DNA from: an uncultured Bordetella sp.
Lineage (GTDB): Bacteria; Pseudomonadota; Gammaproteobacteria; Burkholderiales; SG8-41
Length of the DNA stretch: 64,000 nucleotides
Assembly (NCBI GenBank): GCA_964533495.1
Contig: CAZHJU010000008.1
Location: forward strand, 18,451 to 82,450
Reading direction: 5' to 3'
Part shown: in pieces, positions 21,872-30,561 of the stretch
Layout: every line of letters begins with the position of its first letter
Numbering within the stretch: position 1 is the stretch's first letter
Made by a program: the position numbers and the translations under genes
Notes under the pieces: generated by a model
Seen by the model: only the letters and a program-made list of their open reading frames with translations
Told to the model about the DNA's origin: nothing
Database searches by the model: none

Positions 21872-22915
21872 TCAGCCGCCGAGCAGTTTCCGGATGCCTG
21901 CGGAAGAGGGCGATTGCAGGACGCCCCGTTCGGTGACCAGCGCGCTGACCAGTTCCGCCGGCGTGACATCAAACACCGGATTGGCGATGCGGACATCCTG
22001 CGGCGCCCAGCGCAGGTCGCCGTAACCGGCGACTTCTTCCGCGCTGCGTTCCTCGATCGGGATCGCAGGCCCGTCGGGCGTGTCCGGGTCGATCGTGGAC
22101 AGCGGGCAGGCCACGTAAAACGGAATGCCGTGGCGCCGCGCCAGCACGGCCATCATGTAAGTGCCGATCTTGTTGGCGACGTCGCCATTGGCGGCGACGC
22201 GGTCCGCGCCGACGATGACTGCGTCGATGTTGCGTCGTCCCATCAGGTATCCTGCGGCGCTGTCGGCGATCAGGGTCACCGGAATGCCGTCCTGCCGCAA
22301 TTCCCAGGCCGTCAGCCGCGCGCCCTGCAGGAAAGGGCGCGTTTCGTTGGTGACGACCTCGATTTTCTTGCCGGCCTTCGCCGCCGAACGAACGATGCCC
22401 AGGGCGGTGCCGTGTCCCGCGGTGGCCAGCGCGCCGGCATTGCAGTGGGTCATCACGCAGCAGACATCGGGCAACAGGGCCGCGCCGTGCGTGCCCATTG
22501 CCCGATTGATGCGGACGTCCTCTTCGGCGATGCCCTGCGCCGCGGCCAGCAGGGCGTCGGCGCGGGCGCTGGTGTCGGCGGCACGATTGCCGGCAAGGTG
22601 CGCATGCATCCGGTCCAGGGCCCAGCGCAGGTTGACAGCGGTCGGACGGCTTGCGCCCAGCACTTCAAACGCGCGCCGCAGGCCGGCATCGAACTGCGCC
22701 GCAGACTGGCCGCGCAGCCGCCGTGCCTCCACCGCGATTCCGTAGGCCGCGGCGCAGCCGATGGCCGGCGCCCCCCTGACCACCAGATCGCGGATGGCGC
22801 CCGCCACCGCTTCCGCGCTGCCGAAACGCGGGTATTCGCAGCGCGCGGGCAGCAGCCTCTGGTCGAGCAGTTCGAGTGAATCATCAACCCAGCGCAGGGT
22901 ATGGAATGCGGGCAT
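21872..22915 (-). CDS. mtnA: S-methyl-5-thioribose-1-phosphate isomerase (eIF-2B family)
   Basis: 347 aa, ...LRWVDDSLELLDQRLLP...RGAPAIGCAAAYG...THCNAGALAT...GADRVAANGDVANKIGTY. Confidence 0.9.
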   Translation of the reverse strand: MPAFHTLRWVDDSLELLDQRLLPARCEYPRFGSAEAVAGAIRDLVVRGAPAIGCAAAYGIAVEARRLRGQSAAQFDAGLRRAFEVLGASRPTAVNLRWALDRMHAHLAGNRAADTSARADALLAAAQGIAEEDVRINRAMGTHGAALLPDVCCVMTHCNAGALATAGHGTALGIVRSAAKAGKKIEVVTNETRPFLQGARLTAWELRQDGIPVTLIADSAAGYLMGRRNIDAVIVGADRVAANGDVANKIGTYMMAVLARRHGIPFYVACPLSTIDPDTPDGPAIPIEERSAEEVAGYGDLRWAPQDVRIANPVFDVTPAELVSALVTERGVLQSPSSAGIRKLLGG

Positions 22916-22950
22916 CCTGTCGGCCTCGTCTTGTTGGTTTCGCAGCGGAG

Positions 22951-24132
22951 TCAGTGCTGCATCTGCCCGCGCACCCGCAGCTCGAAGCCGCCGTACTCGA
23001 GTTCGGCGCGCGCGATGTCATGCCCGCCGGCGGCGCGATAATCGCCGTGGGTGGAGGCGCGGGCGATGATGTCGATATCGTGCAGGTAGATTTCCGCCGC
23101 AATTCCTGCGTAATGCGCGTTGACCCCGAAAGCGCAGAGTCCGAAACGGGGATCCAGCGCAATCCGCGGCGCCGTGTCGATGCGACCTTCCGCGGCGCCG
23201 CCCAGCGTGTGCTTCAGATAAGCGCGGTAACGGGCGGCATAGGCGGCGACGTCGCCGTCGATCAGCGGCACCCGCTTGGTGAAAATCGCATGCTGCGGCG
23301 TGGGCGGCCCTTGTTGTGAAATCACGGCGAGGTCCGGCCGCTGCGCGAAGGCCAGGGTTTCGGGTGTGCAGACCACCGTCATGGCGAGCGGATGGCCGGC
23401 GACGGACGATGCCGCGGACCGCAGCCGCTCTGCCGCGGCGAGATCGGGATCCCGCGGCGCAGGCAGCGGGTCCGTGGCCGCGGCTGCCGCATGTTTCCGC
23501 AGATGGCACTCGGCCATGCCGACCAGGCGCTGCAGATTGTCGTAGGAATCGCGCGCGGTATCGCCGAAAGCGACCACGCCGTGAAAGGCGAGGATCAGGC
23601 CGATGGTGTCGGCGGTGGCTTCGCGCTCGAACACCGACTTGCAGGCGCGCGCCAGCGCGGCGCCGGAATGACGGTAGGGCACCACCGGCGCGCAGTTGCC
23701 GAAGGCGGCGGCGCAGGCATCCATCCCCTGGGCCACGTTGGCCACCGCGAGGACGGCGTCGGCATGGGCATGCTCGACAAAGGCGCAAGGCAGCGCGGCG
23801 TGGAGCAGGGTCTCGATCGACGGCTTGAGCGCGGCGGGCATCCGCTTGCAGCCATCGATGCGGCGCATCAGTTCGGCGTCGGACAGGCTGTCATCCGCCA
23901 GCAGCGCATGCAGCGCGGCAAGATCCATCGCAGTGAAATCTTGCTCGCGCACATCCGCGAGATTGGATCCCGTGCCTTTGATGTGCAGCGTCCCATCCAG
24001 TTTCAGCGAGGTATTGCCGCCACCGTGCAGCACCAGCGCCGGATCGCCGCCGATCAGGCGCGACGTGTAGGCGCGCAGGGCAAGCGCGGAATCGCAGCGC
24101 TGCGCGATGGCTTCATCCCAGGCCGGTTTCAT
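22951..24132 (-). CDS. Class II aldolase/adducin-domain protein (393 aa, long form)
   Basis: ...LVLHGGGNTSLK...FVEHAHADAVLAV.... It resembles the aldolase half of bifunctional aldolase/short-chain-dehydrogenase proteins. It lies 35 nt upstream of mtnA on the same strand. Confidence 0.7.
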   Translation of the reverse strand: MKPAWDEAIAQRCDSALALRAYTSRLIGGDPALVLHGGGNTSLKLDGTLHIKGTGSNLADVREQDFTAMDLAALHALLADDSLSDAELMRRIDGCKRMPAALKPSIETLLHAALPCAFVEHAHADAVLAVANVAQGMDACAAAFGNCAPVVPYRHSGAALARACKSVFEREATADTIGLILAFHGVVAFGDTARDSYDNLQRLVGMAECHLRKHAAAAATDPLPAPRDPDLAAAERLRSAASSVAGHPLAMTVVCTPETLAFAQRPDLAVISQQGPPTPQHAIFTKRVPLIDGDVAAYAARYRAYLKHTLGGAAEGRIDTAPRIALDPRFGLCAFGVNAHYAGIAAEIYLHDIDIIARASTHGDYRAAGGHDIARAELEYGGFELRVRGQMQH

Positions 24133-24152
24133 GGGCGCTCATTATAATCAGC

Positions 24153-24590
24153 ATGATGTTCGAATCCGGGAAATTCACGGTCCGCGCGGCTTCATGGTCC
24201 GGCGACCAGGCGGCGCTGCAGTCATTGCGGCGCGCGGTGTTCGTCGTCGAGCAGCGCGTTCCGGAAGACCTGGAGTGGGACGACGCCGATGCGCTGTCGC
24301 TGCATGCGCTGGCGCATGACGGCCATGGCCTGCCGGTAGGCACCGGCAGGCTGCTGCCGGACGGGCATGTCGGCCGCATGGCGGTGCTGCGCGAGCGGCG
24401 GGGACAGGGCGCGGGCAGCGCGGTGCTGGAATTCCTGATCGGGCAGGCGCGGCAACGGGGCATGCGCTTGCTGCAATTGCATGCGCAGACCCACGCGATC
24501 GGGTTTTATGCGCGGCAGGGTTTTGCCGCGCAGGGCGGGGAATTCATGGAGGCGGGCATTCCCCACCGGTTGATGACGCTCAGCTGGTGA
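24153..24590 (+). CDS. GNAT family N-acetyltransferase
   Basis: ...GRMAVLRERRGQGAGSAVLEFLIGQARQRGMRLLQLHAQTHAIGFYARQGF (acetyl-CoA-binding Q/RxxGxG motif). Confidence 0.85.
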   Translation: MMFESGKFTVRAASWSGDQAALQSLRRAVFVVEQRVPEDLEWDDADALSLHALAHDGHGLPVGTGRLLPDGHVGRMAVLRERRGQGAGSAVLEFLIGQARQRGMRLLQLHAQTHAIGFYARQGFAAQGGEFMEAGIPHRLMTLSW

Positions 24591-25365
24591 CGCCGGCGGC
24601 ACGCTCGAGCCGGAAGGCGCGGGCATCCTCGCCCTGTGGGACTCCGCCGGGGCCGTAGCGTTTTTCATGCACGAAAACTTCGCCGGAAGCATGCACCAGC
24701 AGCAGCGTGGATGTCCGCGTGCCGTAATGGCTGCCGAGTATGAAGGGGGGCGAGAGTTCGCGTTCGCGCTGGCGGTCGATGCCGGTATCCGGCAGATGCG
24801 CGTCCTGCGCCGGCGTCCGTTCGGACAGCAGTGCGAACAGCGCGCCGCCGATCGCATCCGGATCGTCGCTGTCGCGGGTGGCCGCCAGCGCGGCCATGCC
24901 CGCGGTCACCTTGGGCCAGGGCGTGTCCAGCAGGTGATTGCTGAGGCCGTGGATGCCGGTTGTTACGGGCAGGACGCCGCGATCGCGGTTCGACTGGAAA
25001 TGCAGGCCGTCAAGGTCTCCCGCGATCAGGCTGTACGGGTTGTATGCATCGCCTTCGATGTCCGCCATGTAGGATGGGGCCGGCGCATCGCCGGCAAGGA
25101 AATTGCCGACCAGGGCGCCGCGCGAGCGGGGTGCCGCCGCGCCGGGGCGTCCCTGCCGGTAATTGGTCACCGCGGCAAAGCGGCCGCGGGTGCTGATGCC
25201 CATCCAGGTGCCGCCCTGTTCCAGATCGCGGCCGGCATAGACCGCGGGATGATCGTCCCAGAAGGCGGCTGCCGCCGCCGGGCGGCTGAAATGCTCGTCG
25301 CGGTTCGCGGCGACCACCAGCGGGAAATGACGATGGGCGCGGAAACTGAACAGGATCAGGCACAT
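24580..25365 (-). CDS. NRDE-family protein (TANGO2 homologue, DUF833)
   Basis: MCLILFSF...PLVVAANRDE...GGTWMG...TNY.... Start set at the Met-Cys typical of the family. Confidence 0.8.
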   Translation of the reverse strand: MCLILFSFRAHRHFPLVVAANRDEHFSRPAAAAAFWDDHPAVYAGRDLEQGGTWMGISTRGRFAAVTNYRQGRPGAAAPRSRGALVGNFLAGDAPAPSYMADIEGDAYNPYSLIAGDLDGLHFQSNRDRGVLPVTTGIHGLSNHLLDTPWPKVTAGMAALAATRDSDDPDAIGGALFALLSERTPAQDAHLPDTGIDRQRERELSPPFILGSHYGTRTSTLLLVHASGEVFVHEKRYGPGGVPQGEDARAFRLERAAGVTS

Positions 25366-25382
25366 GTTCTCGTCCGAAAAAT

Positions 25383-25664
25383 CTAGTCCGAAAAACATTC
25401 GGTGTGCCGGCTGCTGCCCGGCTGCAGCAGCGGCTGGATGTGCGCGGCGGCCACGGCTTCAGACAGTTCCCATTCGAACGACGCCTCATCGGCGACATTT
25501 TCATAGATTTCCATCCACAGCAGCGGTTCATTGCGTTTCTTCAGCAGGCGCCCGCGGATGCCGGTGCGCTCGTGCACGGCATCGACCAGTTTCGCGACGG
25601 CTTCGCCGCAGGCAGCGGCCTGCGAGGGTTCGACACGGTAATAGATGTAATAGGACCAGGTCAT
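25383..25664 (-). CDS. DUF4936-like small protein
   Basis: 93 aa, MTWSYYIYYRVEPSQAAA...LLWMEIYENV.... It lies between ygfZ and the NRDE gene on the same strand. Confidence 0.6.
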   Translation of the reverse strand: MTWSYYIYYRVEPSQAAACGEAVAKLVDAVHERTGIRGRLLKKRNEPLLWMEIYENVADEASFEWELSEAVAAAHIQPLLQPGSSRHTECFSD

Positions 25665-25676
25665 GGGTATTCGGTT

Positions 25677-26558
25677 TCAGGTGACCGCATAGGGCAGGGA
25701 CAGCAGTTCCAGTTGCGGCCCCTGCAGGCTGCCCAGATGATATGGAGACGAACGGGCCTGTGCGGTCTGCAACACCGCGAGCGCTTCGTGCCCGGTCCCG
25801 GCCGGCGCGGCAGTGACGATCATTCCCGCGGCCTGGTCGCCGAGCGCGGCGCAGTACAGCTTGTCGCCTGCCGCGGCCGGAGTCGCCAGTTCTGCCCGGA
25901 ACATGCGCTGCTTGAGCTTGCCGAGATAATGGGTGCGGGCGACGATTTCCTGCCCGGGATAACAGCCCTTGGTGTAGCTCAGCGCGCCGATCAGGTCGAG
26001 GTTGACCATCTGCGGCACGAATTCCTCCTGCGTGGCCTGCACGATGAACGGTATGCCGGCGGCGATGTCGAGGCGTTCCCAGGTGCCGGGAGTTGCCGCC
26101 GCAATGCCGTCGGCCCGCGGGCGCGGGAGGGTCGCCAGATAACGCTCATGCGGCAGCGCGATCGCGCGGACACCGGCGGCCGTCCCGACCGCATGCAGTG
26201 AGGTGGGTCGCAGACCGCCGAGATTTTCGATATCGGTGGCCGCATCCGCGCCGGTAATTCCGATGACGGCGTCATCGATGATTTCGGCCTTGACCTTCGC
26301 GCGCAGGATGTACATCGACAGCCTTTTGCGGATGGCCTCGACCAGCGTTGCGGGCAGCAGCATCGTGTAACCGCTGTCATCCGCCCACAGCAGGAAGGTC
26401 GCCAGCAGGCGACCCTTGGGCGTGCAATATCCGCCGTAGCTGCTGCGGCCGGTCTTCAGAGCCTGCACGTCGCAGGTGAGCTGGCCATGCAGGAAGGATT
26501 CCGCATCGGCGCCGCTGAAACGCAGCAATGCGTATTGGGGCAGGGTTGCGGCAGTCAT
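25677..26558 (-). CDS. ygfZ: Folate-binding Fe-S cluster maintenance protein YgfZ
   Basis: 293 aa with FLHGQLTCDV and the signature KGCYPGQEIVARTHYLGKLK. Confidence 0.9.
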   Translation of the reverse strand: MTAATLPQYALLRFSGADAESFLHGQLTCDVQALKTGRSSYGGYCTPKGRLLATFLLWADDSGYTMLLPATLVEAIRKRLSMYILRAKVKAEIIDDAVIGITGADAATDIENLGGLRPTSLHAVGTAAGVRAIALPHERYLATLPRPRADGIAAATPGTWERLDIAAGIPFIVQATQEEFVPQMVNLDLIGALSYTKGCYPGQEIVARTHYLGKLKQRMFRAELATPAAAGDKLYCAALGDQAAGMIVTAAPAGTGHEALAVLQTAQARSSPYHLGSLQGPQLELLSLPYAVT

Positions 26559-26633
26559 GGGGAGGTCACCGGTATCCGGAGCATCATTGCGAGAGGCGCA
26601 TGATACCGTTTACCTCGCCGATCATTAAAAATG

Positions 26634-26654
26634 TAAATTAAAACAATAGGTTAT
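26634..26654 (-). repeat. AT-rich motif copy (reverse orientation)
   Basis: The reverse complement reads ATAACCTATTGTTTTAATTTA. Located in the ygfZ/ygfX-like divergent spacer. Confidence 0.4.
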
Positions 26655-26699
26655 GAAACTCATCGAAGCGCTTTGCATTGTTCAGGTGAATCCGCTGGA

Positions 26700-27167
26700 A
26701 TGGCCGGCATGGACAAGGCCCGCTTTCCGCCCGTCATCCTGAGGCCTGCGCTCCGGCTGGCCTTCGTTCTGGCGCTGGTTCATGCGGGCATGGGCGGGCT
26801 GCTGCTGTTCATGCCGCTGCCGCCCTGGGTGCTGGCCTTCCTGCTGGCCGGCTTGGTGGCGAGCGCCGTGTATGCCGTCTGGCGGCAGGCCCTGCGACGT
26901 GGCCCCCGTGCAATCACCAGCCTGAGCTTCCGCAACCGGGAGCAGCTGGAAATCGGCCGGCGCGACGGCAGCCGGCAAGCGGGACGCATCCTGAACAGCA
27001 GTACCGCCGGATCGCTGCTGATCGTGCTGAACATCCGTGTCGAACAGCGGCGCCGGCCGGTGCATGTGGTGGTGACGCGGGACAGTCTCGAGGATGATGG
27101 ATTCCGCCGCCTGCAGGTCTGGTTGCGCTGGGGGCCGCCGCCGGACGAACGGCGGATCACGGAATGA
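26700..27167 (+). CDS. YgfX/CptA-like (DUF1434) inner-membrane protein
   Basis: Two predicted TM helices (LAFVLALVHAGMGGLLLFMPLPPWVLAFLLAGLVASAVYAV). The C-terminal ...VVVTRDSLEDDGFRRLQVWLR parallels the E. coli YgfX tail (DSMDEAEWRDLRRIL). It is divergent from ygfZ, as in E. coli. Confidence 0.55.
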   Translation: MAGMDKARFPPVILRPALRLAFVLALVHAGMGGLLLFMPLPPWVLAFLLAGLVASAVYAVWRQALRRGPRAITSLSFRNREQLEIGRRDGSRQAGRILNSSTAGSLLIVLNIRVEQRRRPVHVVVTRDSLEDDGFRRLQVWLRWGPPPDERRITE

Positions 27168-27206
27168 CGGTACCGGTTTTTACCGGCGGACTTTGGCGGC
27201 CGAACC

Positions 27207-28442
27207 CTATCGCCCGGATTCCTCCGGCGGTTTCACCGCGCTGAACATTTTCAGCAGCGCCAGATCGTAGACGATCTTCAACGCGCCGCAGATCACCAGC
27301 GGCCAGCCGAAAGTGCTCATCGCCAGCAGCGCGCCGGCGAGCGAAGGACTCAGGGCGCTGGCCAGGCTGCGCGGGACCGCGGTCAGGCTGGCGGCGGCGG
27401 GCCGTTCCCCCGGAGAAACGACCGCCATCACGTAGGAGCTGCGCGCGGGCACGTCCATCGACGACAGCGCGCTGCGCAGGAGCAGGAACAGCAGGGCCAG
27501 TTCCAGCGTCGGCATGAATGGCACCAGGATCAGGAACAGGTTGGCCGGCAGATGGGTGTAGACCATCGTGTTGATCAATCCGAAACGCGCGGCAACCCGG
27601 GCGGCAGCCAGATGGGAAAACGCGGTCAGCAGTCCGGTCCAGAAAAAGATGGTGCCGGCGGCCGTCACCGAAAGCTCGAATTTCTGGAACAGCCACAGCG
27701 CCAGCAGCGACTGCACGGCAAAACCGCCGGCGAAAGCGTCGATGCTGAACAGGCCGGCGAGCGTGTAGACGATGCGGCGCGACTTGCCCAGCGGGACCGG
27801 TTGTTCGTGTTTGCCGGATTCCAGCGCGGGCGGCAGGCGCAGGTAGAGCAGGAAGCTGGCGGCGCCGAGCAGGGCATACAGCAGGAACATGGCCTGTATC
27901 GCAGGCAGCAGCGCCGCGCCGCTGTCCGGCGCATAAAGATCGGGCAGTCCCGCGGCCTGCGCCCCGACGGCGGCCACCAGCGCGCCGATCAGGCTGTAGC
28001 GCGCAAACAGCGCGGTGCGCGAGGTGGCCGGCGCCGCCCGGGTCAGCAGGGTCTGTTCCAGCGGGGAAAACAGGGTCACGTCATTGGCGGCGGGATTCAG
28101 CGTGCCGATGACCGCGACCACGAACAGCGGCCAGAACCCGGTCAGGGCCGGAACGGCAATGCCGGTGGCCGCCATCAGCAGGCTGGCGAGCAGCAGCAAC
28201 TGGCGGGCGGAATGGCGGTGCGCGATGAAGCCGATGCCGAGTGTCATCAGGCCGGAGCCCAGCAGGGTCGCGGTCACCAGCAGCCCGATTTCCCAGGCGC
28301 CGTAACCCAGCAGGGTCAGGTAGTAGGGCAGCAGCAGGCTGACGAAACCGTCGCCGAAAGCCCGCAGCGCCCGCGCGGCAAGCAGGACGCGGGCATCGGG
28401 CAGGGTGCCCGGAGGCAGCAGGACATTGCGCATGATCGTCAT
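27207..28442 (-). CDS. MFS transporter
   Basis: About 411 aa, highly hydrophobic, with roughly 12 predicted helices. Start set at MTIMRNVLLPPG. Confidence 0.85.
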   Translation of the reverse strand: MTIMRNVLLPPGTLPDARVLLAARALRAFGDGFVSLLLPYYLTLLGYGAWEIGLLVTATLLGSGLMTLGIGFIAHRHSARQLLLLASLLMAATGIAVPALTGFWPLFVVAVIGTLNPAANDVTLFSPLEQTLLTRAAPATSRTALFARYSLIGALVAAVGAQAAGLPDLYAPDSGAALLPAIQAMFLLYALLGAASFLLYLRLPPALESGKHEQPVPLGKSRRIVYTLAGLFSIDAFAGGFAVQSLLALWLFQKFELSVTAAGTIFFWTGLLTAFSHLAAARVAARFGLINTMVYTHLPANLFLILVPFMPTLELALLFLLLRSALSSMDVPARSSYVMAVVSPGERPAAASLTAVPRSLASALSPSLAGALLAMSTFGWPLVICGALKIVYDLALLKMFSAVKPPEESGR

Positions 28443-28549
28443 GGTGAAGGACCGGAGGTTAACAGCAGCAAACTCCGCGGCGGTAGTCTGTCCGCGCTGG
28501 GCTATACTGCGCGCTTCGTTGACCCGATGCAGCCAGACACGGAGATTCC

Positions 28550-29245
28550 ATGATCGAGCTCTACAGCTGGGCGACACCCAACGGCCACAAGATCCACATC
28601 ATGCTGGAGGAAACCGGGCTGCCGTACCGGGTGCACGGCGTGAACATCCGCACCGGCGATCAGTTCAAGCCCGAATTCCTGAAAATCAGCCCGAACAACC
28701 GCATTCCCGCGATCGTCGATCCTGACGGCCCCGGCGGAAAACCGCTGTCGCTGATGGAGTCCGGCGCGATTCTGCTGTATCTGGCCTCGAAATCCGGAAA
28801 ATTCCTGCCGGAGGATCCCGGCCAGCGCTGGACCTGCATGCAATGGCTGATGTGGCAGATGGGTGGCGTCGGCCCGATGTTCGGCCAGGCCAACCACTTC
28901 CGCCGCTACGCCAAGGACAGGATTGAATACGCCATCGAGCGTTACACCAATGAGGCCAACCGCCTGACCCATGTGCTCGACAAACAGCTGGCGCAGTCGG
29001 AGTTCGTGGCCTGCGGCGAATACACCATCGCCGACATGGCGATTTTCCCGTGGATGCGGGGCGCCGAAAGCCGCGGCATCGACCTGAACGGATATCCGCA
29101 CGCCAGACGCTGGTTCGACGCCATCAATGCCCGTCCCGCGGTGCAGCGCGCGCTGCAGGTGCTGTCGAACGAGTCGAACAGCAATCCGGTCGACGACAAG
29201 GCGCGCGAGGTCATGTTCGGCAAGACCCAGTTCCAGAAGCGCTGA
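28550..29245 (+). CDS. Glutathione S-transferase family protein (YfcG/Nu-class-like)
   Basis: MIELYSWATPNGHKIHIMLEETGLPY...NNRIPAIVD...ESGAILLYLA. Confidence 0.85.
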   Translation: MIELYSWATPNGHKIHIMLEETGLPYRVHGVNIRTGDQFKPEFLKISPNNRIPAIVDPDGPGGKPLSLMESGAILLYLASKSGKFLPEDPGQRWTCMQWLMWQMGGVGPMFGQANHFRRYAKDRIEYAIERYTNEANRLTHVLDKQLAQSEFVACGEYTIADMAIFPWMRGAESRGIDLNGYPHARRWFDAINARPAVQRALQVLSNESNSNPVDDKAREVMFGKTQFQKR

Positions 29246-29266
29246 CCGGACAGGCGGGCGACCGGA

Positions 29267-30442
29267 TTGGGTGCTGAAAAGAAGAATGTCGCGCTGTTGT
29301 GCGCGGCGCAGGCGCTGCTGTTCACCAACAACACGATCCTGATCGCGGTCAACGGCCTCGCCGGCTTCGCGCTGGCCGAGAACAAGTCGCTGGCCACGCT
29401 GCCGGTGACGGCGTACGTGGTGGGCGCGGCATTGTCGACCGTCCTGGTATCGCAGCTGATGCGGCGCATCGGCCGCGTCAACGGTTTCAGCGCCGGCACG
29501 CTGGTCGGCATCGTCGGCGCCCTGATCTGCGGTTACGCGATTCACAGCCACAGTTTCTGGATGCTTTGCGCGGGAACCCTGGTGATGGGCATCTACAATG
29601 CCTCGGGCCAGTACTACCGCTTCGCCGCCGCGGACGTGGCCAGCGCCGATTTCAAGAGCAGGGCGATTTCCCTGGTGATGGCCGGCGGCCTGGTCGGCGG
29701 AGTGATCGGACCGCAGACCAGCAAGATGACCAAGGATTTTCTCGGCACCGAATTCCTGGCGACCTACCTGGCATTGATCGGTTTCTGCCTGCTGGCGCTG
29801 GTCCTGCAGAGGATGATGGACATCCCGCGGCTGAGCGTCTCCGAGCAGAAGGAGCAGGGCAGGCCGCTTTCGGAAATCGCGCGCCAGCCGGCTTTCATCG
29901 TCGCTGTTCTTTCGGGGATGGTCGGTTACGGCGTGATGAACCTGCTGATGACGGCGACGCCGCTGGCCATGCAGTCCTGCGAACATCCCTTCAGCGATGC
30001 CGCTTTCGTGATCCAGTGGCATGTCATCGCCATGTTTGCCCCGTCATTTTTCACCGGCTCTCTGATCAGGCGGTTCGGCGTGCGCAGCATACTGTTCACC
30101 GGCGTGTTGCTGAGCCTGGGCTGCGTGGCCATCGCGCTGTCGGGCGTCGAGGTGCTGCATTTCTGGGCTGCCATGGTGCTGATCGGCGCGGGCTGGAATT
30201 TCATGTATCTGGGCGGCACGACGCTGCTGACGGAAACCCATGCGCCCGCGGAGAAGGCGAAAGTGCAGGGCGCCAACGACATGGCCATTTTCATCACCAT
30301 GGCGATCAGTTCGGCGTCCTCCGGATGGCTTTTCTCGGCGCGCGGCTGGGAGATCATGAACTACGGCGCGATTCCCTTTCTGCTGCTCACCGGACTGGCC
30401 ATCCTGTTTCTGCGCGGGCGCAAGCCGGTGATCGCCGCCTGA
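29267..30442 (+). CDS. MFS transporter
   Basis: 391 aa, polytopic and hydrophobic. TTG start. Confidence 0.8.
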   Translation: MGAEKKNVALLCAAQALLFTNNTILIAVNGLAGFALAENKSLATLPVTAYVVGAALSTVLVSQLMRRIGRVNGFSAGTLVGIVGALICGYAIHSHSFWMLCAGTLVMGIYNASGQYYRFAAADVASADFKSRAISLVMAGGLVGGVIGPQTSKMTKDFLGTEFLATYLALIGFCLLALVLQRMMDIPRLSVSEQKEQGRPLSEIARQPAFIVAVLSGMVGYGVMNLLMTATPLAMQSCEHPFSDAAFVIQWHVIAMFAPSFFTGSLIRRFGVRSILFTGVLLSLGCVAIALSGVEVLHFWAAMVLIGAGWNFMYLGGTTLLTETHAPAEKAKVQGANDMAIFITMAISSASSGWLFSARGWEIMNYGAIPFLLLTGLAILFLRGRKPVIAA

Positions 30443-30561
30443 CCCGGTTTTTGACAATTTGATGTAAAATCCGCGGGTCCAGGCAGAGCGGAACCCCCAA
30501 GTTTCGCTTTGCCTTTGTTTTTTTCATGAAAATCAATGCCTTCCGCAAGAGGAGTTTCCTG

